From the NCBI GenBank assembly GCA_043737575.1, contig JAYTAJ010000457.1, forward strand, positions 1 through 40,151: a DNA stretch of 40,151 nucleotides. The letters run 5' to 3'. Of the stretch, positions 19,958 through 28,558 are shown piece by piece (within the stretch, counting starts at the first letter, position 1; each line of letters begins with the position of its first letter). Under the pieces are notes generated by a model. That model saw only the letters and a program-made list of their open reading frames with translations, was not told the DNA's origin and did no database searches. Position numbers and translations under genes: made by a program. The stretch is from Myxococcales bacterium. GTDB lineage: Bacteria > Myxococcota_A > Polyangia > Haliangiales > Haliangiaceae.

Positions 19958-20866
19958 ATGCTTCGCTGGTCCGCCCTGATCGCCGTGACCTTGGCGGTGA
20001 CGATCCCCGCCGCCCCGCTCCTCGCGCAACCGGCCGGCAAGCCGGCGGCGCCGATCGATCCGAAGAAGGTCGCGAAGGAGTACGTCGATGCGGGCGTCGC
20101 GGCGCAGACCGCGGGCGACTACGACACCGCGCTGACGTTCTTCGGCAAGGCCTACGAGCTGGTGCCGCATCCGGTGCTGCTGTTCAACATGGCGCAGGCC
20201 AATCGCCTCGCCGGTCGGCTCGACGTCGCGCTCGCGCTGTACCGCCAGTACGTCGCCGCCGAGCCGAAAGGCGCGCAGGTGAAGACCGCGCGTGAGTTCA
20301 TCACCGCGATCACCGTGCAGCTCGAGGCCGCGGCGGCGCGCGCGGCCGAGGCGGCGAAGCGCGCGCAGGACGAGGCGGCGGCGGCGGCAGCCGCGACGGC
20401 GGCACGTGAGGCCGAGGCCGCGGCGGCAGCGCAGGTGGCAGCGGACGCGGCGGCGGCGGAGCAGGCGCGAGTGGCGGCGGCGGCAGCGGCCGAGGCGGCG
20501 CGGCGGCGCGACGAGGAAGCGCGGGGGCGACGCGGTCGTGGCACGCGGATCGCGGGGCTGGTGACCGCGGGGGTCGGGGTCGCGAGCCTCGGCGTCGGCG
20601 TCTTCTACGGCCTGCGCGCGCGGACGCTGTCCGACCAGCTGTCGACGCCCGGGACGGTCTACGATCCCGACGACGACGCGGCGGGCAAGGCGGCCGAGAC
20701 CCGGATGATCATCGCGACCGCGGCGGGTGGCGCGCTGCTGATCGGCGGCGTCGTGATCCATCTGATCGGCCGCAAGCAGGACCGCGCCGCCGAGGCGCCG
20801 CGCGCCGCGCTGGTGCCGGTGATCGTGCGCGGCGGCGGCGCGATCGTCGCCGAGGGGCGCTGGTGA
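19958..20866 (+). CDS. Secreted/membrane-anchored TPR-repeat protein with Ala/Glu-rich coiled-coil
   Basis: Track ORF with an ATG start and the signal peptide MLRWSALIAVTLAVTIPAAPLLA. It has TPR-like repeats (AGDYDTALTFFGKAYELVPHPVLLFNMAQANRLAGRLDVALALYRQY). A long A/E/R low-complexity helix follows, then two hydrophobic segments. Confidence 0.75.
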   Translation: MLRWSALIAVTLAVTIPAAPLLAQPAGKPAAPIDPKKVAKEYVDAGVAAQTAGDYDTALTFFGKAYELVPHPVLLFNMAQANRLAGRLDVALALYRQYVAAEPKGAQVKTAREFITAITVQLEAAAARAAEAAKRAQDEAAAAAAATAAREAEAAAAAQVAADAAAAEQARVAAAAAAEAARRRDEEARGRRGRGTRIAGLVTAGVGVASLGVGVFYGLRARTLSDQLSTPGTVYDPDDDAAGKAAETRMIIATAAGGALLIGGVVIHLIGRKQDRAAEAPRAALVPVIVRGGGAIVAEGRW

Positions 20867-21555
20867 TGCGCGCGATCGGCTTGCTCGGGCTCGGCGCGAT
20901 CGTCGCTTGTTACGATCCGACGTACCGCGATCTGGCGTGCGGCGCGAACGGCGAGTGCCCCGAGGGCACGTCGTGCCTCGCCAACGTCTGCGTCTCCGAC
21001 CCGGTCGACGCCAGCGATCCCGACGCCAGCGATCCCGACGCCCGCATCGACGCGCCGTTCGACACCGCGCAGCCCGACGCGCGCGTCGACGCCGCGCCGC
21101 CCGACGCCCGCACCGACGCGGCGACCGATGCCGCGATCGACGCGGTGGCGCCGTGCCCGGTCAGTTCGGTGACCTCGCCGACCGATCCGACGCGGTGCTT
21201 CGTCTTGGTGTCGACGCCGCGGACCTGGGCCGACGCGCGCGCGTTCTGCATTGGCCTCGGCGGCCGTCTCGCCGACGTCCGCAACAGCACCGAGAACCAG
21301 GCCCTGATCCCGCTGGTCGGGACCAACCCGTCGACCTGGCTCGGCGGCAGCGACGCCGTGACCGAGGGCAGCTGGGTGTGGACCGACGGCGTGCCGTTCT
21401 CGTTCAACGCCTGGGGCGAGAACCAACCCAGCAACGTGCTGGGCGAGAACTGCTTGCGTTACGTCGGCCCGGGCGTGGTGGGCTACGGCCCCAGCGACTG
21501 GAGCGATCAGCCATGCGAGCCCGCGTTCGTGAGCATCTGCGTGCGGGCGCCATGA
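20863..21555 (+). CDS. Lipoprotein with C-terminal C-type lectin-like domain (CTLD)
   Basis: Track ORF. The start is GTG 20863 (GTGA overlap) or ATG 20866 (TGATG overlap). The lipobox is LLGLGAIVAC and the linker is PDA-repeat-rich. The CTLD pattern lies at nt ~21175-21546: WADARAFCIGLGGRLADV, TWLGGSD, WVWTDG, NAWGENQPSN, ENCL, WSDQPC, ICV. Confidence 0.8.
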   Translation: MMRAIGLLGLGAIVACYDPTYRDLACGANGECPEGTSCLANVCVSDPVDASDPDASDPDARIDAPFDTAQPDARVDAAPPDARTDAATDAAIDAVAPCPVSSVTSPTDPTRCFVLVSTPRTWADARAFCIGLGGRLADVRNSTENQALIPLVGTNPSTWLGGSDAVTEGSWVWTDGVPFSFNAWGENQPSNVLGENCLRYVGPGVVGYGPSDWSDQPCEPAFVSICVRAP

Positions 21556-22430
21556 TCGCCCGCCGCGCGATCGCGCTGCTCGTGGTGGTCGGGTGCGACG
21601 GCGGCTCGGCGAGCGACGGCGACGGCGGCACCGCGATCGACGCGCCCGCGGGATCGATCGACGCGCCCGCGGCGAGCGGCGGCTGCGGCGCCAGCGGCGC
21701 AGCGACCGGCGTCGTGAACGGCACGATCGTCGTCGGGGGCGTCCCGCGCACCTACGTCCGCGTCGTGCCCGCGAGCTACGACGCGTCGCGCGCGTACCCG
21801 CTGATCCTCGCGTGGCACGGCCGCACGGGCAGCGCGGGCGGCGCGCGCCAGTACTTTCGTCTCGAGGCCCAGACCGGCGACGCCGCGATCATCGTCTATC
21901 CGCAGGGGCTGTCGGTCTCCGCCGATCCCAACGACACCGGCTGGGAGCTGACCGCCGATGGCCGCGACGTCGCGCTCTACGACGCGCTCACCGCCGACAC
22001 CACCGCGGCGTACTGCATCGGCCGCACGTACAGCATCGGCCACAGCTTCGGCGGCTACATGAGCAACGCGCTCGCGTGCTTTCGCGGCGGCGCCGGGCCG
22101 GGTCAGGTCCGCGCGATCGCGCCGATCGCGGGCGGCGGACCGTTCGGCGCGTGCAGCGGCGGCCCGGTCTCGGCGGTCGTCATCCACGGCCGCACCGACG
22201 GCGTCGTGGCGTTCGCGCAAGGCGAAGCGTCGCGCACCGCGTGGCGCACCGCCGCGGGTTGCGACGCCACCGAGGCCGCGGTCGCGCCGTCGCCGTGCGT
22301 CGAGTACGCCGGCTGCGATGGCGGGCTGATCGTCCGCTGGTGCGCCCACGGCGAGACCGCGGGCAACGGCCACGGCTGGCCCACGTTCGCGCCGATCGCC
22401 GCGTGGCAGCTGTTCCAGCAGTCGCCGTGA
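21552..22430 (+). CDS. Lipoprotein alpha/beta-hydrolase, PHB-depolymerase/feruloyl-esterase (LpqC-like) family
   Basis: Last 292 aa of track ORF 20907..22430. The ATG at 21552 overlaps the upstream stop (ATGA). The lipobox is LLVVVGC. Family motifs: RTYVRVVPASYD...YPLILAWHG, nucleophile elbow IGHSFGG, and VVIHGRTDGVV. Confidence 0.7.
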   Translation: MIARRAIALLVVVGCDGGSASDGDGGTAIDAPAGSIDAPAASGGCGASGAATGVVNGTIVVGGVPRTYVRVVPASYDASRAYPLILAWHGRTGSAGGARQYFRLEAQTGDAAIIVYPQGLSVSADPNDTGWELTADGRDVALYDALTADTTAAYCIGRTYSIGHSFGGYMSNALACFRGGAGPGQVRAIAPIAGGGPFGACSGGPVSAVVIHGRTDGVVAFAQGEASRTAWRTAAGCDATEAAVAPSPCVEYAGCDGGLIVRWCAHGETAGNGHGWPTFAPIAAWQLFQQSP

Positions 22431-22434
22431 TCGA

Positions 22435-23040
22435 TCAGAACGCGTAGCCGAGCGAGACCTCGACGTCGACGACCAGCGGCGTCGCGGCGAGGAGGTCCTG
22501 GCAGTACTGCGCCGCCGCCGCGCCGATCGCATCGTCGCGATCGGTGGTGACGTCGTAGGGGCCGTAGCCGGCGGCGATGCGGGTGATGAACACCAGCGGC
22601 AAGCGCGGGTGCGGCACGCGGACGCCGAGCTCGGGCGTCGCGCGGAGCTGGCGGTTGTCGAGCATCGTGTGCTCGGGCGCGTCGCGATCGCCGTAGTGGC
22701 CGAAGCCCTTGCGGTAGCCGACCTCGGCGCCGAGGAAGACGCCGCCCGCGGGGCGCAGGTGATAGCGGTAGCCGATCGAGCCGCCGAAGGTCCACTGATG
22801 CGCTTGCACGTGATCGGCGGCGTGGTGGACGTGGATGAAGTCGGCGGCGACGCGCACCGCGTGGTGATCGCCGAGGCGGCGCTCGTAGGCGAAGACGTAG
22901 CTGCCGGCGTTGATGCGCAGGAAGCCGGCGAAGCCCATGACGCTGACGCTGGCCTGGTTGCGCGGCGGCGGCCGCTCGTCGGCGACGGCGGGGGCGGCGA
23001 GCGCGAGCAGCGAGACGAGGGCGAAGAAGATGATCCGCAT
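22435..23040 (-). CDS. Small outer-membrane beta-barrel protein
   Basis: Last 201 aa of track ORF 22435..23127, starting at ATG 23040. It has the signal peptide MRIIFFALVSLLALAAPAVA and alternating hydrophobic beta-strand patterns. The C-terminal SLGYAF ends in an aromatic residue, typical of OMP sorting signals. Confidence 0.6.
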   Translation of the reverse strand: MRIIFFALVSLLALAAPAVADERPPPRNQASVSVMGFAGFLRINAGSYVFAYERRLGDHHAVRVAADFIHVHHAADHVQAHQWTFGGSIGYRYHLRPAGGVFLGAEVGYRKGFGHYGDRDAPEHTMLDNRQLRATPELGVRVPHPRLPLVFITRIAAGYGPYDVTTDRDDAIGAAAAQYCQDLLAATPLVVDVEVSLGYAF

Positions 23041-23167
23041 GACCGCACCATGCCGATCGCGCGCGCGCGCGTCGTGACACGACCCGCCTGAGCGGTCACC
23101 CGGGGCGCCAAAGCGGTGAGGCTCCAAAGGAGCCGTGCGCTTTGTCTCCGGGAGCCGAGGCGGTTCG

Positions 23168-24157
23168 TCAGGGCGGCTGTCCGGTCCACCGGACGAAGGC
23201 GCGGACGAACGCCGAGCGCTCGGAGTAGCCGAGCCGCGCCGCGACGTCGTCGAGCGGCGTGTCGGCCGCGAGCAACGCGCGCGCGCGGGTGCAGCGGACC
23301 TGATCGACCAGATCGCGGTAGCGGGTGTCGGCGTCGGCGAGCTCGCGCTGCAGCGCGCGGGTGCTGCGGGCCAGGGCGCGCGCGATCACCGCGAGATCGG
23401 GGACGCCGTCGGCGAGGTCGCGCTCGATCGCGCGGCACACCTCGGCGGCGACGCCGCGGCGTCCGGCCACCAGCGCCAGCCGCGGCTCGATCAGGCGATC
23501 GAGCACCGCGAGCAAGACCGGATCGCTGGTGCGCAGCGGCCGATCGGCGTCGGCCGCGGCCAAGGTCAGGCCCGACGCGCCCGCACCGAAGGTCGGCGCC
23601 GGGACGCCGAGCAGCGTCGCGACCGCCGCGCGATCGCGGTGCGCGGCGTGGGCGAACCAGCACGCGGTCGGCGTGATCGCCGCGCCGGTCGCCTCGCGGG
23701 CGCGGTGCAGGAGCGCCGCGATCCACAGCTCGTTGCCGTGACGCGACATGCCGTCGGGCCGACCCGGCACCCGATGCTCGACGGTGATCGCGTCGGCGCC
23801 GTCGACGGTCAGCTCGACCGCGTCGTTGAACAGCCCGATCAGCCGCGGCAACTGCGCGAGGCCGCGGCGCAGGGTCGGCGCCGACAGGCAGCTCACCTGC
23901 ATCACGTCCCAGGGAGCCCGCGACAGCGACAGCCCGACCCGCGCGCCGAGCAGCGGATCGCGCGCCGCGGTCGCCGCCAGCTCGTAGCACCGCGCCAGCT
24001 GATCGAGGGTGAGCTCGACCCACGGCGCCTCGGCGGCGTCGGCGGGCAGCCCGCTGGCGCGCGCGACCGCGGCGCGATCGCCGCCGCGCGATCCGACGTA
24101 GGCGAGGACCGGCCCGAGGGTGTGGGCGCGGAACCGTCGGTCAGCGCGGCTCGCCAC
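23168..24157 (-). CDS. AraC-family transcriptional regulator (N-terminal AraC-type ligand-binding-like domain)
   Basis: Last 329 aa of track ORF 23168..24766. The start is assigned to GTG 24157, 5 nt after the MMPL stop. The C-terminal double HTH is present: VIARALARSTRALQRELA...ALLAADTPLDDVAARLGYSERSAFVRAFVRWTGQPP. Confidence 0.75.
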   Translation of the reverse strand: MASRADRRFRAHTLGPVLAYVGSRGGDRAAVARASGLPADAAEAPWVELTLDQLARCYELAATAARDPLLGARVGLSLSRAPWDVMQVSCLSAPTLRRGLAQLPRLIGLFNDAVELTVDGADAITVEHRVPGRPDGMSRHGNELWIAALLHRAREATGAAITPTACWFAHAAHRDRAAVATLLGVPAPTFGAGASGLTLAAADADRPLRTSDPVLLAVLDRLIEPRLALVAGRRGVAAEVCRAIERDLADGVPDLAVIARALARSTRALQRELADADTRYRDLVDQVRCTRARALLAADTPLDDVAARLGYSERSAFVRAFVRWTGQPP

Positions 24158-24162
24158 CCGCG

Positions 24163-26616
24163 CTACCCGCGCACCGTCGGCAGCTCCAGCGGGGTGCGGC
24201 GCCACGCCACCAGCGCCGGCACCACCACCAGCGCGGTCGCGACGCAGGCCAGCTCGCCGATCAGGCTCGCCAGCCCGAAGCCGCGGATCGCCAGGTTCTC
24301 CGACACCAGGAGCGAGCCGTAGCCGATGATCGTCGTCAGCGAGCACACGAACACCGCGCTGCCCGACGTCCGCAAGGTCGCGATCGGATCGTGATCCTCG
24401 GTGTCGTGGCGGTGGGCGACGTTGATCGCGTAGTCGATGCCGAGCCCGAGCGTGATCGGCAGCGCGACGAAGTCCAGGAAGTTGACCTTGATGCCGAGCA
24501 GCGCGCACACCGCGACCATCACGATCGCGCCGAGCCCGGTCGCGCCGAGCACCGCGGCGGCGCGGCGGTTGGGCCCGACGACGATCACCACCATCAGGCA
24601 CAGCCCGAGCGCGGCCAGCGCGGTGACTCGCAGGCCGTCGTGGCGGATCACCGTGAGGATGTCGGCGAAGATCACCGACGCACCCGACGTGGTGATCGTG
24701 CCGTCGGCGCCGAGATCGATCCGGCGCACCGCGGCGGCGAAGCGGATCATGTCGCGGCCGTTCCACTCGTCGATCGACGGATCGGGCCGCACCGCGATCA
24801 GGAGGCCGACCCGGCCGTCGACCTCGCGCAGCGGCTCGGCCAGGGCCGGCGGCAGGCCCTCGATCGTCAGCGGCCTGATCTTGTCGGCCGGCCGCAGCTT
24901 CTCCAGCTCGGCGCGGTCGTCGTCGTCGAGCGCGTCGAGCGCGTCGTCCTTGAGCAGCTCGCGGATCGCGGCGATCACGGTCTGCTTCGCCGCCTGATCT
25001 TCGTCGGTCGGCACCAGCTCGAGCACCGAGCGGACCGTGCCGATCGCGCGGGCGTGGCCGGGCTGGGCCCGGGTGAGCGCGGCGACGATCGCGGCCACCT
25101 GCGCCTTGTCATCGGCGGCGACGTAGGTGACGCCGCTGATACCGCGGCCGAAGTGATCGTCGCTGATCTTCAGCCACTTCCGTCCGAGCAGCGCCTCGTC
25201 GCCCTCGCTGCGCAGGTTGCGCAGGTCGTACTCGAATGGATCGGCGACGACGTAGCGGTAGGTCACGACGCCGCTGGCGATCGCGACCAGCGCCGCCGCG
25301 ATCAGCACGCGCCCGGGGTGGCGGAAGCCGAGCAGCCGCGCCAGCAGGCTGCCGAGCACGGGCGCGCCGACGTGCTGGCGCGGCGTCGGCGCCCGCAGCA
25401 GCAGCACCGGCAGCAGGGTGTACGACGCCACCCAGCACACGATCATGCCGACCGCGCCGATCAGCGCGAAGTCGGCGAAGCCGCGGAAGCTGGTCGCGGC
25501 CAGCGAGCCGTACGCGATCGCCGCGCCGAGCGCCGCGACCAGGGTCGGCCGCAGCGTGCCCCACAGCGCGATCGCCAGCGCCTCGTCGCCGTCGTGGCGG
25601 CGGCGCTCCTCGAGGTAGCGGGCGATCAGCAGGATGCCGTAGTTGACGCCGTTGCCCGCGATGATCGCGCCGAGGAACGCGGTCGCGGCGTTGAGGTGGC
25701 CGACCGTGAGCGCGGCGGCGCCGAACGAGATCACGGTCGCCGCGCCGAGCGTGATCGTCAGGACCACCAGGAGCGTCGCCGAGCGGAAGTAGAGCGCGAT
25801 CACCAGCCCGACCAGGATCGCGGTGATGAGACTCGACAACAGGATGCCGCGCTCGAGGGCGTGGTGCTCGGCGACGCCGTTGACGACGCCGCCGGTCAGG
25901 CCGATCTCGACGCCCGGGTGCGCCGCGGTCACCACCGCGCGCACGCGATCGATCTCCGCGAGCAGGCGCTCGCCGTCCTTGGCCGAGGTCTTCGAGAAGC
26001 CGGTCCGCACCACCAGCAGCTGGTGCTGGCCGTCGGCGGCGACGTAGCGCGATCGATCGATCTGCGCCTGGCCCTCGGCCTGCCGGGCCTTGAGCCGTTC
26101 GAGCCGCGCGGTCCGCGCCGCGTCGTCGTCGTCGTCGAGCTCGATGTAGAGCGGGTTGGCCTCGAGCTTGGCCTGCTCGATCTGCTCGACCAGCACCGCG
26201 TGGGCCTCCTCGAGGAGATCGAGCGGCGCCAGGAGCTCGCGGTTCGCGGCGATGTAGTCGCGCAGCGGCCGATCGTCGTCCTCGACCTGCGCCACCAAGG
26301 TCGGCGGCAGCGCCCGCAGTCGGGTCGCGAGATCGGCGGCGGCGGCGGCGCGGATCGCCGGATCGCGCGCGACCACGACCACCAGCACGGTGTCCTGGGT
26401 CCGCACCCGGGCCTCGAGGCGGCGCAGATCGCGCACCGCGGGCGCGTCGGGCGGCAGGAGATACGAGAAGTCGGCGTGCAGCGGCAGGCGGAACCCAACC
26501 AGGTACGTCGCCGCCGCGATCGCGACGACCGACACCGCGATCACCAGCGCGCTGGCGCGGCGCAGCCACCCCACGTACCGACGGGCCAGCGCCAGATCGG
26601 ACACGCCTCGCCTCAC
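24163..26616 (-). CDS. MMPL / RND-superfamily exporter (HpnN-like, 12 TM with two large periplasmic loops)
   Basis: Track ORF. The start is GTG 26616, which lies inside the pentanucleotide repeat; an in-frame alternative is GTG 26604. There are two homologous halves, each with 1 TM, a soluble loop, then 5 TM (e.g. GILLSSLITAILVGLVIALYFRS..., LRVTALAALGLCLMVVIVVG...). Conserved membrane motifs are GAIIAGNGVNYGILL and LGLGIDYAINV. Confidence 0.8.
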   Translation of the reverse strand: MRRGVSDLALARRYVGWLRRASALVIAVSVVAIAAATYLVGFRLPLHADFSYLLPPDAPAVRDLRRLEARVRTQDTVLVVVVARDPAIRAAAAADLATRLRALPPTLVAQVEDDDRPLRDYIAANRELLAPLDLLEEAHAVLVEQIEQAKLEANPLYIELDDDDDAARTARLERLKARQAEGQAQIDRSRYVAADGQHQLLVVRTGFSKTSAKDGERLLAEIDRVRAVVTAAHPGVEIGLTGGVVNGVAEHHALERGILLSSLITAILVGLVIALYFRSATLLVVLTITLGAATVISFGAAALTVGHLNAATAFLGAIIAGNGVNYGILLIARYLEERRRHDGDEALAIALWGTLRPTLVAALGAAIAYGSLAATSFRGFADFALIGAVGMIVCWVASYTLLPVLLLRAPTPRQHVGAPVLGSLLARLLGFRHPGRVLIAAALVAIASGVVTYRYVVADPFEYDLRNLRSEGDEALLGRKWLKISDDHFGRGISGVTYVAADDKAQVAAIVAALTRAQPGHARAIGTVRSVLELVPTDEDQAAKQTVIAAIRELLKDDALDALDDDDRAELEKLRPADKIRPLTIEGLPPALAEPLREVDGRVGLLIAVRPDPSIDEWNGRDMIRFAAAVRRIDLGADGTITTSGASVIFADILTVIRHDGLRVTALAALGLCLMVVIVVGPNRRAAAVLGATGLGAIVMVAVCALLGIKVNFLDFVALPITLGLGIDYAINVAHRHDTEDHDPIATLRTSGSAVFVCSLTTIIGYGSLLVSENLAIRGFGLASLIGELACVATALVVVPALVAWRRTPLELPTVRG

Positions 26617-26630
26617 CTCACCTCACCTCA
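26606..26630 (-). repeat. Pentanucleotide tandem repeat (TGAGG)4-CGAGG at the M23 peptidase / MMPL junction
   Basis: The plus strand reads CCTCG CCTCA CCTCA CCTCA CCTCA. On the coding strand, the first TGA (26630-26628) is the peptidase stop. The repeat supplies iterated GAGG Shine-Dalgarno cores, TGA in all three frames, and the GTG at 26616 used as the MMPL start in the ORF track. Confidence 0.85.
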
Positions 26631-27494
26631 CGAGCGGTTGCGATCGCGCGCGGGCGCGTGGCGGCGCTCGGGGCGGCGCTGCTTGCCGTGGCGGCGCGGC
26701 GGATCGTGGCGATCGACGCGCTGCTCGAGCGCGGCCGGTGACAGCAGCCACGCGGTCCAGCGCGCCGCCGCGGGATCGGTGCGCTGCAGCGCGCCGACTC
26801 GCATCGCCAGATCGGGATCGACGGCGCGACCGTCGAGGCGCACCTCGAAGTGCAGGTGCGGTCCGGTCGCGCGGCCGGTCGAGCCGACCCGACCGATGCG
26901 GTGCGCCGACGCCACCGCGGCGCCGCGCTTGACCTCGATGCGCGACAGGTGGGCGTAGCGGGTCACGACGCCGCCGCCGTGATCGACGTAGATGACGTTG
27001 CCGTAGCCGGTCTGGCGGCCGGTGAACGCGATGACGCCCGCGCCCGCGCTGTAGACCGGCGTGCCGCGATCGGCGCTGAAGTCGGTGCCCTTGTGAAACT
27101 TCGCGTTGCGATGGATCGGATCGCGGCGCCAGCCGAAGCCCGAGCTCTCGACGCCCGGGACCGGTGACGCCGCGAGGATCGTGAGATCAGGCAGCGCCGG
27201 CACCGGGATCAGCGCGAGCGTGTCGGTCATCGTGTCGGCGGCGACGTCGCGCAGGCCGATCAGCCAGCGCGTCGACCAGCCGGTCGGATCCATCAGCGCG
27301 TCGATCGTCGGCAGGACGTGGGAGAGGCGGCGCGACGCGGCGGGCAGCTCGGCCGACCACTGCCACACCTGTTCGAACAGCGACGCGATCGAGGGCGCGG
27401 CGGGCGGCGGTGGCTCATCGGCCCGGGCCTCGACCGTCGTCGCCGAGACGGCGATCCCGATCGCGAGCACGCTCAGCATGGAGCCGGACTTCAT
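26628..27494 (-). CDS. M23-family (LytM-type) metallopeptidase, secreted
   Basis: Last 288 aa of track ORF 26628..27572, starting at ATG 27494 (MKSGSMLSVLAIGIAVSATTVEARA signal peptide). M23 motifs: FHKGTDF (HxxxD), GYGNVIYVDHGGG, GRVGSTGRATGPHLHFEV (HxH). Confidence 0.85.
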   Translation of the reverse strand: MKSGSMLSVLAIGIAVSATTVEARADEPPPPAAPSIASLFEQVWQWSAELPAASRRLSHVLPTIDALMDPTGWSTRWLIGLRDVAADTMTDTLALIPVPALPDLTILAASPVPGVESSGFGWRRDPIHRNAKFHKGTDFSADRGTPVYSAGAGVIAFTGRQTGYGNVIYVDHGGGVVTRYAHLSRIEVKRGAAVASAHRIGRVGSTGRATGPHLHFEVRLDGRAVDPDLAMRVGALQRTDPAAARWTAWLLSPAALEQRVDRHDPPRRHGKQRRPERRHAPARDRNRS

Positions 27495-27605
27495 GGACCT
27501 TCGAGTCTTCGTCGGAGCGATGGGCACGATCAACCCGAGTCGGCCAAAATCGTCCGCGCGCAACCTGCGCAAATGTGGTTGCGTATCGGCGCACGCCTGC
27601 CAAGA

Positions 27606-28085
27606 ATGCCGCTGATGTCGACGACCCGCCGCGCCCTCGCGATCGTGATCGCGCTGATCGGCGCGGGTTGCTTCGCGGTCGCGGTGCAGGGCGGCCGGTG
27701 GTGGGTGATCGGCCGCGACGTCGACGTCGGCACGACGACGACGACCGCCTGCTTCAGCGATCCGTGCCGGGTCAGCAGCCTCGCGTGGACCGGCGGCGGC
27801 GACACCTGGATGCGGGCCGGCTTCGCGACGATGGTCGCCGGGCTGTGCGCCGCCGCGGTGCTGGTCGCGCTCGCGGGTGCGGTCGCGGCGAAGCGGACCG
27901 GACGCCTGGTCGCGGGGATGGTCCTGGTCGCGGTGACGACCGCCGCGGTCGCGGGCGCGACGTTCTACACCACGCGGCCCGAGCTGCCGGGCGCGTCGCT
28001 CGGGCGCGGCGCGATCCTGTTCGTCGCGGCGATCGTCGCCGCGATCGTCGCCGCCGCGGTCACGCTCACCGCGCGTCGGCCGTGA
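27606..28085 (+). CDS. Hypothetical integral membrane protein (about 4 TM)
   Basis: In-frame ATGs at 27606 and 27615 in track ORF 27318..28085 (MPLMSTTRRALAIVIALIGAGCFAVAV...). It is hydrophobic and Ala/Val-rich, with a short Cys-containing loop (TTTTACFSDPCRV). Its stop overlaps the next start (GTGA). Confidence 0.55.
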   Translation: MPLMSTTRRALAIVIALIGAGCFAVAVQGGRWWVIGRDVDVGTTTTTACFSDPCRVSSLAWTGGGDTWMRAGFATMVAGLCAAAVLVALAGAVAAKRTGRLVAGMVLVAVTTAAVAGATFYTTRPELPGASLGRGAILFVAAIVAAIVAAAVTLTARRP

Positions 28086-28558
28086 TCGACTCGTTCCTCG
28101 CCGCGGGCGGGCTGTACCTCGGCACCTTCCTCTACGGCATCGTCGCCGGCCTGGTGCCGTTCGTCGTGCCCGCCGAGATCCTGCTGTTCGGCATCGCCGC
28201 GAAGTACACCGACTGGCGCGTGCTCGCCGCGTGCGCGGTGCTGACCGCCGCCGGCCAGATGGTCGCGAAGGTCGCGCTCTACTACGGCGCCCGCGGCGCG
28301 ATCGCGCGCGCGACCGGCAAGCGCAAGGCCCAGATCGATCGCGTCCACGCCCGGCTCGATCGCTGGAAGGACAAGCCGCTGGTGCTGCTGTTCATCAGCG
28401 CCACCGTCGGGCTACCGCCGTTCTACGTCATCAGCTTGCTGGCCGGCGCGCTGAAGATCCGGATGCGCGCGTTCCTCACGATCGGCATGGCCGGGCGGGT
28501 GATCCGCTTCGCGATCTGCGTCGCGTTCCCGGCGACGATCCGCTCCGTCATGTGGTGA
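28082..28558 (+). CDS. Small DedA/VTT-like (YqaA-type) membrane protein
   Basis: Last 158 aa of track ORF 27410..28558, starting at GTG 28082 (VIDSFLAAGGLYLGTFLYGIVAGLVPFVVPAEILL...). The overall pattern resembles YqaA/SNARE-associated family proteins. The assignment is from memory of the family. Confidence 0.5.
   Translation: MIDSFLAAGGLYLGTFLYGIVAGLVPFVVPAEILLFGIAAKYTDWRVLAACAVLTAAGQMVAKVALYYGARGAIARATGKRKAQIDRVHARLDRWKDKPLVLLFISATVGLPPFYVISLLAGALKIRMRAFLTIGMAGRVIRFAICVAFPATIRSVMW

Noticed and set aside
23120-23134. Hairpin GGCTCC-aaa-GGAGCC between the AraC stop and the OMP start, as an intrinsic terminator
   Set aside because: The stem is only 6 bp and no U-tract follows on the relevant (minus) strand. 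It could still be a weak terminator, but the sequence alone does not support a call.
26606-26630. CRISPR-like or other long repeat array
   Set aside because: It is only five 5-nt units with no spacers. It is a microsatellite at a gene junction, not a CRISPR array. No CRISPR array was seen anywhere in the window.
21507-26958. Very long track ORFs 21507..24023(-) and 24391..26958(+)
   Set aside because: Both are Arg-rich shadow frames spanning several well-supported genes (esterase, OMP, AraC, MMPL).
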